This document shows positions 25,757 to 38,600 of a stretch of DNA of 64,000 nt, in pieces. The stretch comes from Tubulanus polymorphus (Eukaryota > Animalia > Nemertea). The notes below the pieces were generated by a model. The model ran no database searches. It was not told the origin of the DNA and was given only the letters and a program-made list of their open reading frames with translations. Position numbers and translations under genes: made by a program. The stretch spans positions 4,060,600 to 4,124,599 of the forward strand of contig NC_134036.1 of the NCBI RefSeq assembly GCF_964204645.1, written 5' to 3'. Every line of letters begins with the position of its first letter. The first letter of the stretch is position 1.

Positions 25757-26445
25757 CTTGAAGATGACTACATGTACTAGGATATAGTCGAAACTTAGTT
25801 CATTCAACGTTTCGACTATATTCTAATAGTCATCTTCAGGAATACTGAAGATATATTCCAGAAGATGACTATTGAAATATAGTCGAAACTTAGTTCATTC
25901 AGCGTTTCGACTATATTCTAATAGTCATCTTCAGGAATACCGAAGATGTATTCCAGAAGATGACTATTGAAATATAGTCGAAACTTAGTTCATTCAACGT
26001 TTCGACCATATTCTAATAGTCATCTTCAGGAATACCGAAGATGTATTCCGGAAGATGACTATTGAAATATAGTCGAAACTTAGTTCATTCAACGTTTCGA
26101 CCATATTCTAATAGTCATCTTCAGGAATACTGAAGATGTATTCCAGAAGATGACTGTTGAAATATACTCGAAACTTAGTTCATTCAACGTTTCGACCATA
26201 TTCTAATAGTCATCTTCAGGAATACTGAAGATATATTCCAGAAGATGACTATTGAAATATACTCGAAACTTAGTTCATTCAACGTTTCGACTATATTCTA
26301 ATAGTCATCTTCAGGAATACCGAAGATGTATTCCAGAAGATGACTATTGAAATATAGTCGAAACTTAGTTCATTCAACGTATTGATTATATTCTGATAGT
26401 CGTACAGTACAATACGGTATTCCATATTCCTGAAGATGACTATGA
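25757..26445. repeat. 95-bp tandem array (about 7 units); each unit is an inverted repeat of two hammerhead ribozyme motifs
   Basis: CATTCA(A/G)CGT recurs at 25801, 25896, 25991, 26086, 26181, 26276 and 26371. Each unit is a 36-nt arm, a 14-nt loop, a 36-nt reverse-complement arm and a 9-nt spacer. Confidence 0.95.
25801..26319 (-). ncRNA. Tandem minimal type I hammerhead motifs (5 intact cores, 1 with U16.1>C)
   Basis: Each unit reads TATTC-CTGAAGA-T-GACTAT-tagaat-AT(A/G)GTC-GAAA-CG-TT-GAATG on the minus strand, at 25844-25801 and every 95 bp after. The unit at 25896 has GAAACGCT. The A>G variant in stem II keeps a G-U pair. Confidence 0.75.
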
Positions 26446-27459
26446 TTTCCCGATTAGAATTTAGTCGTAACGTTGAATGAAGTCGGTAAACTATTTTTCT
26501 CGGTTTTGTGTCAATAGTTAAGAGCGCCCAATTCTGAAACCGATCGCGCCAGTTGTTTAGATTATTATCGGAAAACGTTCCTCCCAAAACTTACGGGTTA
26601 TGATGTAGTTTGTTGAATGTACAAAAAAAACCGTGTTTTGTTAATAATCAAAACCTAGAATATATTTTCCGACCAGCACCGCAGTAGGAGCACAACCTAC
26701 CTGCCCCCTCATCATGAGCACTTACAATATTAGGCTATAATTTGGAGTAATCGGGCTGATGTATTGACTTTATTTTCGGTACGTCATTTCAAAGTCACCG
26801 GTATATTACGTATAGGCTGGCTAAATTGTTATCAATCTGTTGCCTGGAGCCGGCACCCTTTCAGGCGCCGGTATTCTTCCAATTTTCGCGATCGCGCCCA
26901 AGCTTCGCAAATGTGAATATTAGAAATTTCATTGGCACATTTTCGAAAAGCGATTGTTTGTCCGTGCTATGCACGTGTCTGGAACAACTTCATTTCAAAA
27001 GGGAAATAAACCGACATTTTCGAAAAGGTCAGAAACATCAGCTATTAGCAATCGGTAAACTTTCGCTTAAGACTTCGCGCTACAATGTTTGGCGGATATC
27101 TGGAAAGTTCTAGGTTCCCGAATGCGGGTTGATACCTACATTAGGGTTGAATAAAGCGGATCGAATTGCGGCGTTCGATTCTAGAATTTGGGGATGAGTT
27201 TTTAGCGAGGTTTCGTCGTTGATGTACGTTGTGTATTGAGATGTTATTTGTTATTCGTGGAGTAGTTTTTGTCGTACATATATTCATTATTTACAAACGC
27301 TTTTCTAGTGGTTCGGGTAAAAGATATTTAGCAAAGGGTCGGCATATAACTAACTACACGCTCGGGTGTAGTCTCGGTGTTTTAATTGATGTAAAAATCA
27401 TCGGCACTCTGTTCGATAGTCGAGAATTCCATAGTTGAGACTGTCATAGTCGAGGGTCC

Positions 27460-27875
27460 TGAGTCGACAAACTGGATATGAACGCAATATCGAACCTCGA
27501 TCCAGAGTTGAATTGAACCCACGCAACTGTGGAACTCGGGAACCAGGGTCACATTAAATTCGCGAGACTGCGGAACTGGATCCAGAGTCGAACTAAACCC
27601 GCACAACTGAAGATAACTTTTAGCATACCCGTGCAACCGTCGAAGTCAAAGTAAACCCACACAACTGTGTAACTGGTTTCAGAGTTAAAATCAGCCCACA
27701 CAACTGCGGTACTGGATCGAGAGTCAAATTCAGCCCACACAACTGTGGTTCCGTAGCCAGATTAAAACTACACAACTGTGTATCTTCGTCCAGAGTCAGA
27801 TTAAACCCAGATAACTGTGTACCTTGGTCCAGAGTCAAATTAAACCGAGAAAACTGGAACCGGATCCTGAAAAGC
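27460..27875. repeat. ~40-bp degenerate minisatellite
   Basis: Recurrent TTAAACCCACACAACTGTGGAACTGGATCCAGAGTCA. An inverted array lies at 5620-5845. Confidence 0.8.
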
Positions 27876-27944
27876 TATGGAATTAACCAACTATGGAACA
27901 GGAGTCAAGTGTGTGATATATCTTCTGAACATTCCAAAACGTCT

Positions 27945-28075
27945 GGGACCAGTTGTTCAAAAGTTGGTTAGAATTAACCAGTGGATAGTTGATGTAGTGA
28001 CAATAAAAAGTTCATTGTTACTATGGTATTTATCCGGCCGTCGTTTATCTTTAACCAACTTTTGAGCAACTGAAG
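27945..28075. mobile_element. MITE family B, second copy
   Basis: Near reverse complement of 444-574. Confidence 0.7.
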
Positions 28076-28278
28076 CCCCTGGATATTTTCTGAAGACGGT
28101 TTCTGGATATTTTCTGCAGGCGGTTTCTGGTGGCGATGAAACTATTTTGTTTGTGTACGGCGTCGTATGGAAAACCATTTTCTAACTTCGTTGTGTGAAT
28201 TTTGCCGTGTTGTCGTCGTCATGTAAACTACGTTACTTATTACATATATTATCTTCCATCATCATCATCATCATCTGC

Positions 28279-28309
<31 letters not shown>

Positions 28310-30675
28310 GATGATATCGCGCGTTTTTTAAAAAGGTTATTTATATTTATTACGAGAACGATTTTTGAAGGAAAAATAGTAACCAAGATCTCCACATATA
28401 ATGTGACGTATACGATATACATTCCGCGATCCGTCGCTGTTCGTATTCCAACCGTCGTCGTTTCCGTCGGTTCACTGCATACATACGCGTAGATTAACTA
28501 TTTCCATGCGGTAGACTCCGCCTTACTCTGCTGCAGCAGCGTCTCGGGACTGTGAATGTTTCGCCGAGTTCAGAATGCGGGGTCGTGCGCAGTTGTGAAT
28601 CGAGTCCGAAAGAGTGGCCTCGAGTGAAGTAAAAGTATATAGTCGTACGACTTCGATCTCTCGAACCTAAGCAATCGGTCCCGAGGAAAATAGAAAAGTT
28701 TTTTGAGATGAATGTTTTTTGTTTGAATACAATGCGGAATACCTGAAAGTGGATTAGCCACACACTAACATGGCGAATAGATGATACGATTACATGTTTT
28801 TAATCTTTGAAGTTTTGTGTTAAAACCACCGTGTTTACTGGTAAGCAGGAGTCTACCGTATCGTAAAAGCGGCTTGGCTTCTTTCGTAAAAACCGCAGGT
28901 GCGTTTACTTCACGCATGCTTCGAAATATATCCAATCTTGTTGTGATGTTCTTTATAATGGAACATTCGTATGGATTTAGGAATTATTTAGAAATTATTC
29001 CCCGAATATCTGCACGATATTTTCGCGTTTACGCGTGCCTACTTTTTTCCGTCGATTTAATGTGATCTTCAATATTCGTCCATATTCGTATAGTTAGTAT
29101 GCGTCGTTGTTTCTTCTGTCCAGCCATAATAATGTTTAATCGTCGTTTCACCGTTTTACAACAGAGATTGCGCTCATTGCACTGTTATCTATCTGCAGTC
29201 TGGAGGTTGCGCTGCCTCAGACATTGGATATATCATTACCGGTTACCAATTCATCATCGTCCAGGTTTTGAATGATTGGTTTCTCGCCTTTATTCAAGGC
29301 AACATTGAAGAAAATGAACTCCAAGCACCAGACATTTTCAGCACACTTTCAAAAACTGATCGTCCACACTTCGCGTGTGTTCAGAACTTCACCCGAGACA
29401 TTTTCAATTGAAAATGAACTACAGACACCAGGCATTAGACATTTTATCAGCACACTTTCAAAAACTGATCGTCCACACTTCGCATGTGTTCGGGACTTCC
29501 CTCAGAGACATTTTGTTTCGAAAATGGGCCTATGAAATATTGAATGTCTGGCGTTCGTAGTTCATTTTTCAAATTGGTCTAGTTTTGCAATAAATATTTG
29601 AAAAATATCTCGCAAGATTTTGAACGATCAAAAATAAGTATCGAATATCTGGGGAGGGCATGTAGTCCGGGCTGCAGACGATCTACAAGCACCAATATGA
29701 AACCTTTCAGAACCGTTTATCTGCCATTACAGTTATCATTATCGAGGATTACATTATCATTTATATCATTATATTTATTACACGTACATATTATGTTATC
29801 ATATTATTAATATTATTATTATTATTATTATTATTATTTACATATCAAAGATCGTAAACGGATATGTAGAATCCTTATGCATATTAAATAGATGGATTAA
29901 CAAAAAGATAGATTTGTACATGCATAGTGAATGATAATGATTATAGTTAATTATTATAATTATAATCATTATCGGGATTATTATTAATGTTTGATATATA
30001 ACGATGTGCTCTTTGTTGTGGACTTTTACATTATTTTTGAAAAAAATTGATCTTCATATTAAATCTATAAATATACATACGTGAATACATTCTTATGTAT
30101 GATTATATATCATTCGGATATAAAGCTTGGATTTTTACACGAAAAAGCTTTTCGTTTTGTTATTTCTTTTATTTCTCTGTTTCATTGCGAAATGTTGAAT
30201 CACGATTTTACTGAATCGTTGAAGTTATTGAGAATGAGAAGGCCGTCATTAGTAACTACATTAATCACGATTTTACTGAGTCGTTGAAGTTATTGAGAAT
30301 GAAAAGGTCGTCGTTAGTAACTAATCATAATTTTACTGAATCGTTGAAATCATTGAGAATGAGAAGGTCGTCGTTAGTAACTAATCATAATTTTGCTGAA
30401 TCGTTGAAGTTATTGAGAATGAGAGGCCGCCATTTTACTGAATCGTCGAAATGATTGAGAACGAGAAGGTCGTTAAGTCTTAATATTATGTACATCTTAA
30501 AGTTAATCGAAATTTGTTGAAAAACGCATGCAAATGCACTTTGAAATGATGTATACAAAATGACTCTGCCTATGCATGTTAGAATTGACCTTAACTTGAC
30601 TGGAGAGCAGCGCTATCATAATTAAACCTCGCTATCGTTTTAATAATTTGAATGATTATTCCGTGAATTTTATAG

Positions 30676-33300
30676 ATCGTCAAGAACCACATCGTCTCGG
30701 GCATATTGACTAACGTAGGCATGAATAAAGGTTTCGCGGCGCAAACAATGGCGAAGACGGCCCTGAAAATAACAGTCGCTGATAACCGTACGTATTGTCG
30801 ATCACGATTGGTAGAACACTATATCCGTGTTGACGCGATGAGGAGAGAATCCCACAATGATAAAAATTATTATCATTGTGGGATTCTCTCCTCACGTATT
30901 GTCGATATACTGAATTAAGAAACCATAGAAATCCGAATGCATGTGTATTTGATATTGACGCAGCCTGGAACCTGCACCCCTTCAGACGTTCAATGATATA
31001 ATGATTGTGTAGTGTGGGGAATCTTTCTTTACGATCTGTTTGAAGGTGTTCTGATGTGTTCTGTGAAAAAGTCTTCAATGTCCGGAGTATGTTGTTCATT
31101 TCAATTAAGCCATCCTGAACACTGGTGAGATTTTGGCGATCGAAAACTAGAGAATGTCTGAATGGACCCAGTGGCGGACGCAGTGGCCAATTTTAAAGGA
31201 CTTGTTGCATCCCAAAAGGGCACTCGTCGAAAAAAGGAATATTAAGCGTATTCCTGCGCACTGAAATGCTCCAATATTATCATCGTTGACAAAATGAAAT
31301 GAGCACTCAAAAAATCTTGATGGACCTGTACAAGTCTACGAAGTCCCTCTGGATCCGCCCCAACCCGACTATACTGGGAGTGTGCCTAGATTCCCTCCAT
31401 CCCTGTCTCTGCTTTTGCCTCGCCGTCTCCTCATCTTAAAACTGTTCGTTCTTTGATTAAATTGCAGATCGGTTTATAACGGCCGGTGGCGGGCGTGGCC
31501 GGATCTTAGCGAAGGAGGAACGGGTCTCTACGGGAGTAGTGCATATGATCGACGGCCTTCTCGGCGTCAAAATGAAAACCATCATGGAGCTCATCCATGA
31601 AAACCCGAAATTGACGTAAGTGCTCTTTTAATAGTGCGGTAGATTTTGATAAGCCTAATTTGTGAAATTTCCTTCGTGATACCGGTGGAGACCGTTAGCT
31701 ACACACGGCTTGAATTGGTCGGACCAGGGAAATGTAATGATCACTACACTTTCCTGGTCTGACCTTTTGTGGAAGGGTTAGTAATACTGAACCATAATTC
31801 AGGTGACGAGAGCTTTTGATATTCATCATGAAGACTTTGCAGAGCGGATAACTTCATGGAGGTGTTCTCATAAAATATCTAATGTCTGGTGTTAGCAGCT
31901 CTTTTTCAATTGAAAATGTGTCTCCGGTGAAGCACAGAACACATGTGAAGTTTGGCCGATCAGTTTTTGGGTTTTTGAAACTACACTGATAAAATATCTC
32001 ATGTCTGGTTGTTGTAGTTCATTCTCATCTCGGGTGAAGCCTTAGGCACATAATATGATGAATAGAGCACGGTCAGTTCTTGAGAGTGCGCTGTTAAAAA
32101 AGTGTCTGATATAATAACCTTTTTCTATTCGAACATTTCAGAAAGTTCAACATGGAATTGATTCGCGCCGGACTCGATAAGATGCTGGATAAGAAGACCC
32201 CCGGGACCCTCTTCACCGTGTTCGCCGTCTCCAACGACGCGTTCGAAGCTCTGGTCACTCACCCGGCCGGATGGGGTTTGTTCTCTTTGAGGAACAGAGA
32301 GAAGATGAAAAAGGTAACTACATTCATAGTATTAATCAAGGCAATATCGTTAGTTTTTAATATAATCTAGAAATATATTGATTTGGTTCGCTTTTATAGA
32401 GATAATTGTCGTTTGTTTGTGGTTTTATTTGAGGATTTTTTAAGATGTTTTCAACACTCCAAATGGAAACAGTAAAATTCGTTGTTTTTAATCGTCTGTT
32501 CCGTAGTTCATCGAGAACCTGATCGTGCCCAATCACGACATCGACGTGCCGCGAGTTTTCAACAAACCTGCCGTCGTCAAATTCGAGACGGTCGCTGGTA
32601 GAAATATGACTTTGTCGTACACGTTCAAGGATGCGAGTAAGTTATCGATAGAGTCTTTCCATACAGTTTCAGTCACTTCTATATCGTCGGTCTACGCGCA
32701 TGTATCATCAATCCGTGTTGCTCAGATCCGACCCTTAGACATCCGAGGCTCTATCGCCATTCTCCTAGTTTGCTACAAGATCAGGCTCGGATATAGTGTC
32801 CAGTGCTTCATCCGAGACTTTTTCGATTGAAACTGAACTACAAGCACCGGACATTAGACGTTTTATCAGCTCACTTTTAGAATCTGATCGTCTACACTTC
32901 ACGTGTGTTCAGTGCTTCGCCTGAAACTTTAGCTAATCGAATATAAACTCGAAGAATGGTGATAAAGTATGGAATATCTCAAGGCTATAGGTTTGATGCT
33001 TGCGATTGCTTGAAATAGTGTATATACCTATATCTATTTTTATCTATATCGGAAGGATACTCACCGCTGCCGCTAAATTCTTCTCTCGTTTCGTTTGTTC
33101 TTTCAGAGATGCTCTACCGCCTGGACACGTTCGACGTACCGCTCGCGCTCGACAACATCCTGAACCTGTCGCGACAACGCGCTTTCAACGGCGCCCTGTA
33201 TGTGTTGCCTAGGGGTCCGTTCACCGGCGCCGCCACCGCCCTCTACTGCTCGTTCGCCACCTTGGCTCTGTCGTTGGCCACCGCCTTCGCTTTGCTGTAA
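30676..33300 (+). CDS. Second FAS1 exon block (about 1.7 FAS1 domains plus GPI-type tail); alternative 3' half of the upstream fasciclin gene, or a 5'-truncated paralog
   Basis: 5 in-frame GT-AG exons: 30676-30787 (IVKNHIVSG...), 31468-31615 (...STGVVHMIDGLLG...), 32142-32313 (...FTVFAVSNDAF...), 32507-32636 and 33107-33300 (...FNGALYVL...YCSFATLALSLATAFALL*). Entry phase 0, then phases 1, 2, 0, 1, identical to exons 9-13 of the upstream gene. Confidence 0.85.
30839..30894. repeat. Perfect 25-bp inverted repeat; internally deleted copy of the hammerhead-element flank
   Basis: TGAGGAGAGAATCCCACAATGATAA-aaatta-TTATCATTGTGGGATTCTCTCCTCA. The arm matches AGAGAATCCCACAATAATAA near 25521 and its complement near 21393-21413. 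Confidence 0.8.
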
Positions 33301-35139
33301 ACTCGCTCGTTTTCGATTGTTTCGTGCTTCACGCTCGAGGCGTCCGTAGCCTTGCCTCCATCCTGCTTCTGGCGGCTATAGAGCTTACGCGCGTGATGTC
33401 GTAGTGTGTCGAGTGTATCGATGCCAAAGGTCGAGAAGATAATACACAAAACTTCCGTGGTGCAAGGTGAATACGTAAGAAATCCGCGAATAATTCCAGA
33501 AAACTTGTAGCGAGATCGTCTAGTAAATGGATATATTCAGTTTGACTGACGATGGATGTAATCGTCTTCTACGAGAAGTCTTCGTCGTCTGCTGGAATTA
33601 TTGTCGGATTTTTTTTACGTATCGACCGCCATTTTTGACGGGAACATACGAAGCCTGTGAACTGTACACACAGCTACGCGTGTGAATCTCTATAGCCTTA
33701 ACTCTTTTATCTTTATTGTCTTCGGCTTTCTTTTAGCTTTATGGTGTACTGTAGTAATGACTATTTTCGTAACTTAAAATTCCGTTCTCCATTCCGACGG
33801 TATTCGGTACACGGTTCTTTCATTGCTGACCGTATTACGATTTACGAATTATTGGAGATGAACTGAATTTGATCGTAAGCAAATTCGTAAGCAGACGGTG
33901 TCTTAACTCTATAACTGTGAAACAGTCCCGTGTACTTTTTTCATCTTTATCTGAACATGTCCGTCTTATCTAGAAACCGAATGGGGTGATTTCGTTCCAT
34001 TCGGAACTTAAACGGGTTGAACTTAAGAAGATTTCAAAATATTCCGTAAAATTAAAATCAGAATTTTCACCTGAAAAGAGAAATATATTCAAAATCATTG
34101 TCCGTAAATCAAAACTATCGTTTACGTAACGTTTTTTTTTTTAAAATCAACAGAAATTGAGAAAGTCAAAATATATCGAAGTCAAAAAATAATGTAATCA
34201 AATATTGAAATTCAAAAGCTTTCGAGAAAAGATTTGTAATTTCGTAAAACTCTTTTTAAAAAGCCCACTTCGGCATAAGTAGCATTCACACTTGTTTAAG
34301 ACGACCGTACCTGGAAGTGAACGCAAAATCCTCGAGAAGGACTTGCGGTCCGAGTCCTAATTGAGATCCACAATACCAAGATGAAACAATAAGAAGTCCC
34401 CGATATCGAGAATGAATTTAGATTTATCATTTTGAAAGAGCGATAAATTGAAACGCGAAAACTTCATTTGATTGATTATGTAAAAAACATATAAATATAC
34501 GTCCATTATAAGGTTCACAATAAGCAAGCATTTTAAGAGATTTTTCAAGAAATTCTCAGATTTTCTTTTCGATTCACCATCGTGTCGGAGACGCGAATGA
34601 AGCAAATGTCTCAATATTGCTCAGTGTAATCGCGGACTCTAAAGCGAAGTTCGTGATATGATTAGCATAAGATTTTATTGGAACATTATCCAGCGGTGCG
34701 AGTACTTAAATGATACACGTGAGTTTATTGTGGTATTTTATTTATTTTTGTTTATTTATTTGGTAATCAAAGGTTTTTTTTTCTAAATATATACATGTGT
34801 TTGAGGGAAGGGCAATTTTACTTACGCATAATTATCTAGCGGGTATTTACTTATATTAGTTTGCAGGGGCCCCGGCTCCATTTTCATTGACTATTAAGTA
34901 GTTGAGTGAAAAACGATTTGAATTTAGTTGTTATATACACGTAATAGGTTATTGGGTCCAAACCTCGTAGAAATATCGGATTTAAGATTAGTCACTATGA
35001 CATGTATTGTCCGAGGGCGGATGCGCATGTTTTTGCATATTTGCATAATGTATACGTCGTAATATCGTGTAAAAGGCGGTGTTAGTCCTTCTTATAGGTG
35101 GTAACTGAGGTAAAATATTATCGCAAAAACGTTCCCTTC

Positions 35140-35620
35140 AACAAATACCTTCAACAATTCAGTAAAATTATGATTACTTGCTTATAACGACCTTCTCATT
35201 CTCAATGACCTCAACAATCCAGTACAATTATAATTAGTTACTTATAACGACCTCCATAACTTCAGAGACTCAGTAGAATTATGATGAGCTACTAAAAGAT
35301 GACATTCTCATTCTCAATAACTTCAACGATTCAGTAAAATCATGATAAGTTACTAATGACGACCTTCTCATTCTCAATAACTTCAAAGATTCAGTGAAAT
35401 TATGATGAGTTACTTATAACGACCTCCATAACTTCAGAGATTCAGTAGAATTATGATGAGCTACTAAAAGATGACATTCTCATTCTCAATAACTTCAACG
35501 ATTCAGTGAAATTATGATTAGTTACTAATGGCAACCTTCTAATTCTCGATAACTTCAACGATTCAGTAAAATTATGATTAGTTACTCATGCCGACCTTTT
35601 AATTCTCAATGACTTCCAGC
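35140..35620. repeat. 60-bp minisatellite family, inverted copy
   Basis: Reverse complement of the unit at 11435-11695 and 30195-30480. Confidence 0.9.
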
Positions 35621-38600
35621 AAATATGAAATATAAAAGCAATTCCTCATTTGGTTGAACTCGGGGTCATCATCGATGAAGTTACCACCTAAAGAAATTAA
35701 CATCGCTTTGAAACATAAATGCATAATAGGATTGCGCGTGAATTATTAGGATATTCGTTTTAAGGCTGTGATCGGATTGTTTGCTTTGATGAGAGAAAAA
35801 ATGAAAAAAAAGAATAGCCATGATTGGTTTTGGTTGTGATAGTCGTATTCGTGGTGTATAATTTCGGGTTGGGGTGTTCTACCATACAATGTATCCTTAA
35901 AACTATATATAAACGGGTATATCCTATAATGGAAGGTGGCCGATTACGGCTTGAGATGGTTAAAGTAATTAAGAGCGTCGTCGTCAACGTTTCCTATAAC
36001 TTTAGCGAAACGACACAAGATTTCGAAGATCACAAACGTCGAAAGATAAATGTTGCCGATGCGCTGTCCTTCGCTACTGATCGTTTGTTAGCCGAACAGC
36101 AGCCGATAACCTGTCTGTGATTTGGTTTCACGATGGGTTATTTTCACGCGGAAGCCCAACCGATTAAAAAAGCTTATCACCCACGATTAGGTAGCTTACT
36201 ACCTAGAACGTTAGATCTTCTGCTATAGATATTGGAGAATTTTACCGAAAGTGCCCATCTTCGAAGCTATCGGTCGTGGCGACGCTCCTGTTATAAAGAT
36301 CCCTTTTCGGTATCAATCAGGTCCTGGTAGATTAGGTGTCGTTGAAATGAAAAAAGAAAAAAACATTTTGGAATGTTCATCGACTTCATCGATACCGAGA
36401 AGGTGTAGTAAGATTGAAGGAATTTGACTCTTGAAAATTAGTAGGCTACTACAGGGATGTAGGGTCGAATAAGAAGGTATCGTTCTGCAACCTTGGCCAG
36501 CCCCTTCAGACTTCTTCACTTGAGCAATTTTCAATCGAGAATGAACTACAAACACCAGATATTAGATATTTTGTCGGATCCCTTTCAAAAACTGATCGTC
36601 CAAGCCACATGTGTTCAGTACCTCAACTGAGACAGTCTTAATTGAAAATAAAATATACAGGCACGAGGTATTAAACATTTCATCAGCGTGTTACAAAAAC
36701 TTATCCGCCAGAGAATACGGGTGGTTGTCTGAAGGGCGTGGTCCCCGGCTGCGTATTGGTACCTGCATCAGGGCGTTAGAATATTTGATCGCAAAATGTT
36801 TGAGTAAATCGGATGTAATGAATGAGATACATAATAAATAATGATGATGTCCAGCGTGTTTTCTGTCCGTTTCTTTTTTTGTGACGGTTTTCCTATTATT
36901 CGGGCTTTCGAAGAAAAACAAACAAGTCGATTTTAAGAACAGAAGCGCAGATTTTCACCCGAAAAGGATTTACACATATCTACAGTTATGGCTAAATATA
37001 ATCTTCCTTGGTTTTCATTTCTGCCGGGCTTAAAAGTTCACCCCACCGGCCGCCTATCTACCCAAACATTTTCTGAAAATCGCGATCAGGCTTTCTTTAA
37101 CAGACCAGGCAGTTATATAGAAATGAACTGATTACAAATTTTGTTGCTCAGTTTACGAAAGCGAGCCGGCCGATTAGGAGAAACGATTGGTATCATTTTT
37201 TTATGCCTATGCCTATGCCATATTACGGCAGGTCAGTGGTCAGGATGTTGCGCATCCCTGACAATACATACAAATATAACTGACCCGCCGATCGATATCA
37301 ATCACAATAACGTATGGCCTACATCCCGATCACAATAAGGCTAAGCTACCGTGGATTCGCATTTATACAATACACACGACCTCCTTAGGTTTATACGACC
37401 AAAACGTTCGATTATAGGCGATAGACGTTGATTTCATAACGAATTTTTCGGACTCCAAGAGGAGGAAGTTTAGAGAAGTTTTTTCCATATCATTACTGGT
37501 CATCAAATCTGCACATTTTCGGAATATATACGTGTGATTTTTAAGAGACTAGACTATGGAATATATATGCAAATTTCGTGTGGATATAGTCAGCGAAAGG
37601 AGAGATGACACCAAGAACTTCTTATAATGGCAATGGCGAGTTGTCGCAAGAGTTAAAAATGAGGTAAGTCCATATTTCAAAACATTGAAATTCTTTTTCG
37701 GCCCATCTCTGCCGCGTTAAGTGTTTTTTCGACTTGGTGCTTGTTTATTCAAATGACCGCACCAAAGCACGCTCTCAAACAATATCCATCAACCAACCTG
37801 AGTTAGAAATTCGAAATATATGCATTGCAGTTGTATTGTAACGCCGGCGAACGCTCCAGGAAACTTAGTACTTGTATTTTCAAGCGGAGCTACTGAGAAT
37901 ATATACCGCTATATAGGAAAGTATCTACAAAAAAATATTGAAAGGCGCTATTTGACGTTTTGTCGAAATTGAAAGAGAACTCGAAGCATCCGTACACAGC
38001 TTACTAGAACTAAAACAATACGTCGATTACGTAACGGCACACTGAATATAGGTTTTCTAAAATCATCTTCTTGCACAGACGTACGTGTTTGCCGGTCCTA
38101 TAACAGACTCGATGTAGGTCTAAAATTTGTGAGGTCGAATTAGAGTTGTCGTTTGACCGCCTTTATTTAAAAAAGCGGTTTACCGTATACTTTATGACTG
38201 CTTCCAATTCGGTACTGATTGTTCAAACCACTTATCCAGGCGTTCCACCTATAACTTTTCATTCCGCATTTGTGAGTTATAGTTAACTCCGAGTTAAGAT
38301 TAGTTAATTTTCAATCAGTTAACTCTTGAGTGAAATCAACTGTTGAACTGGGACTCGATGATCAAGTCAGTATATAGGCCTGAATTGCGTGTCTTAGGTC
38401 GAAGTAGAACCCTTTTAGTAATACTAGTAGTATGTACATGGATGAGTGATTCGACGAATGCGTATTTGGAAAACGCAAATGAAACCTCTTCATAGAAGCA
38501 AACACGATATATTTTATTGATGTCCAGAAAACTCGATTTTATTTAGCTCAATAATCTTCACCACTTTGATTATGATCATTCATTTTCGCTGCTCATGAAG

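Noticed and set aside
25757-26445. CRISPR-like appearance of regularly spaced palindromic repeats
   Set aside because: The spacers are identical rather than unique, there are no cas genes, and the DNA is eukaryotic.
29598-29810. TVYLP resembling the FAS1 H1 motif, a candidate missing exon for the second FAS1 block
   Set aside because: It lacks the following N.AF and has no suitable acceptor/donor pair in the required phases.
35824-36120. 98-aa ORF with a hydrophobic N-terminus
   Set aside because: Non-ATG start, no recognisable domain or splice context.
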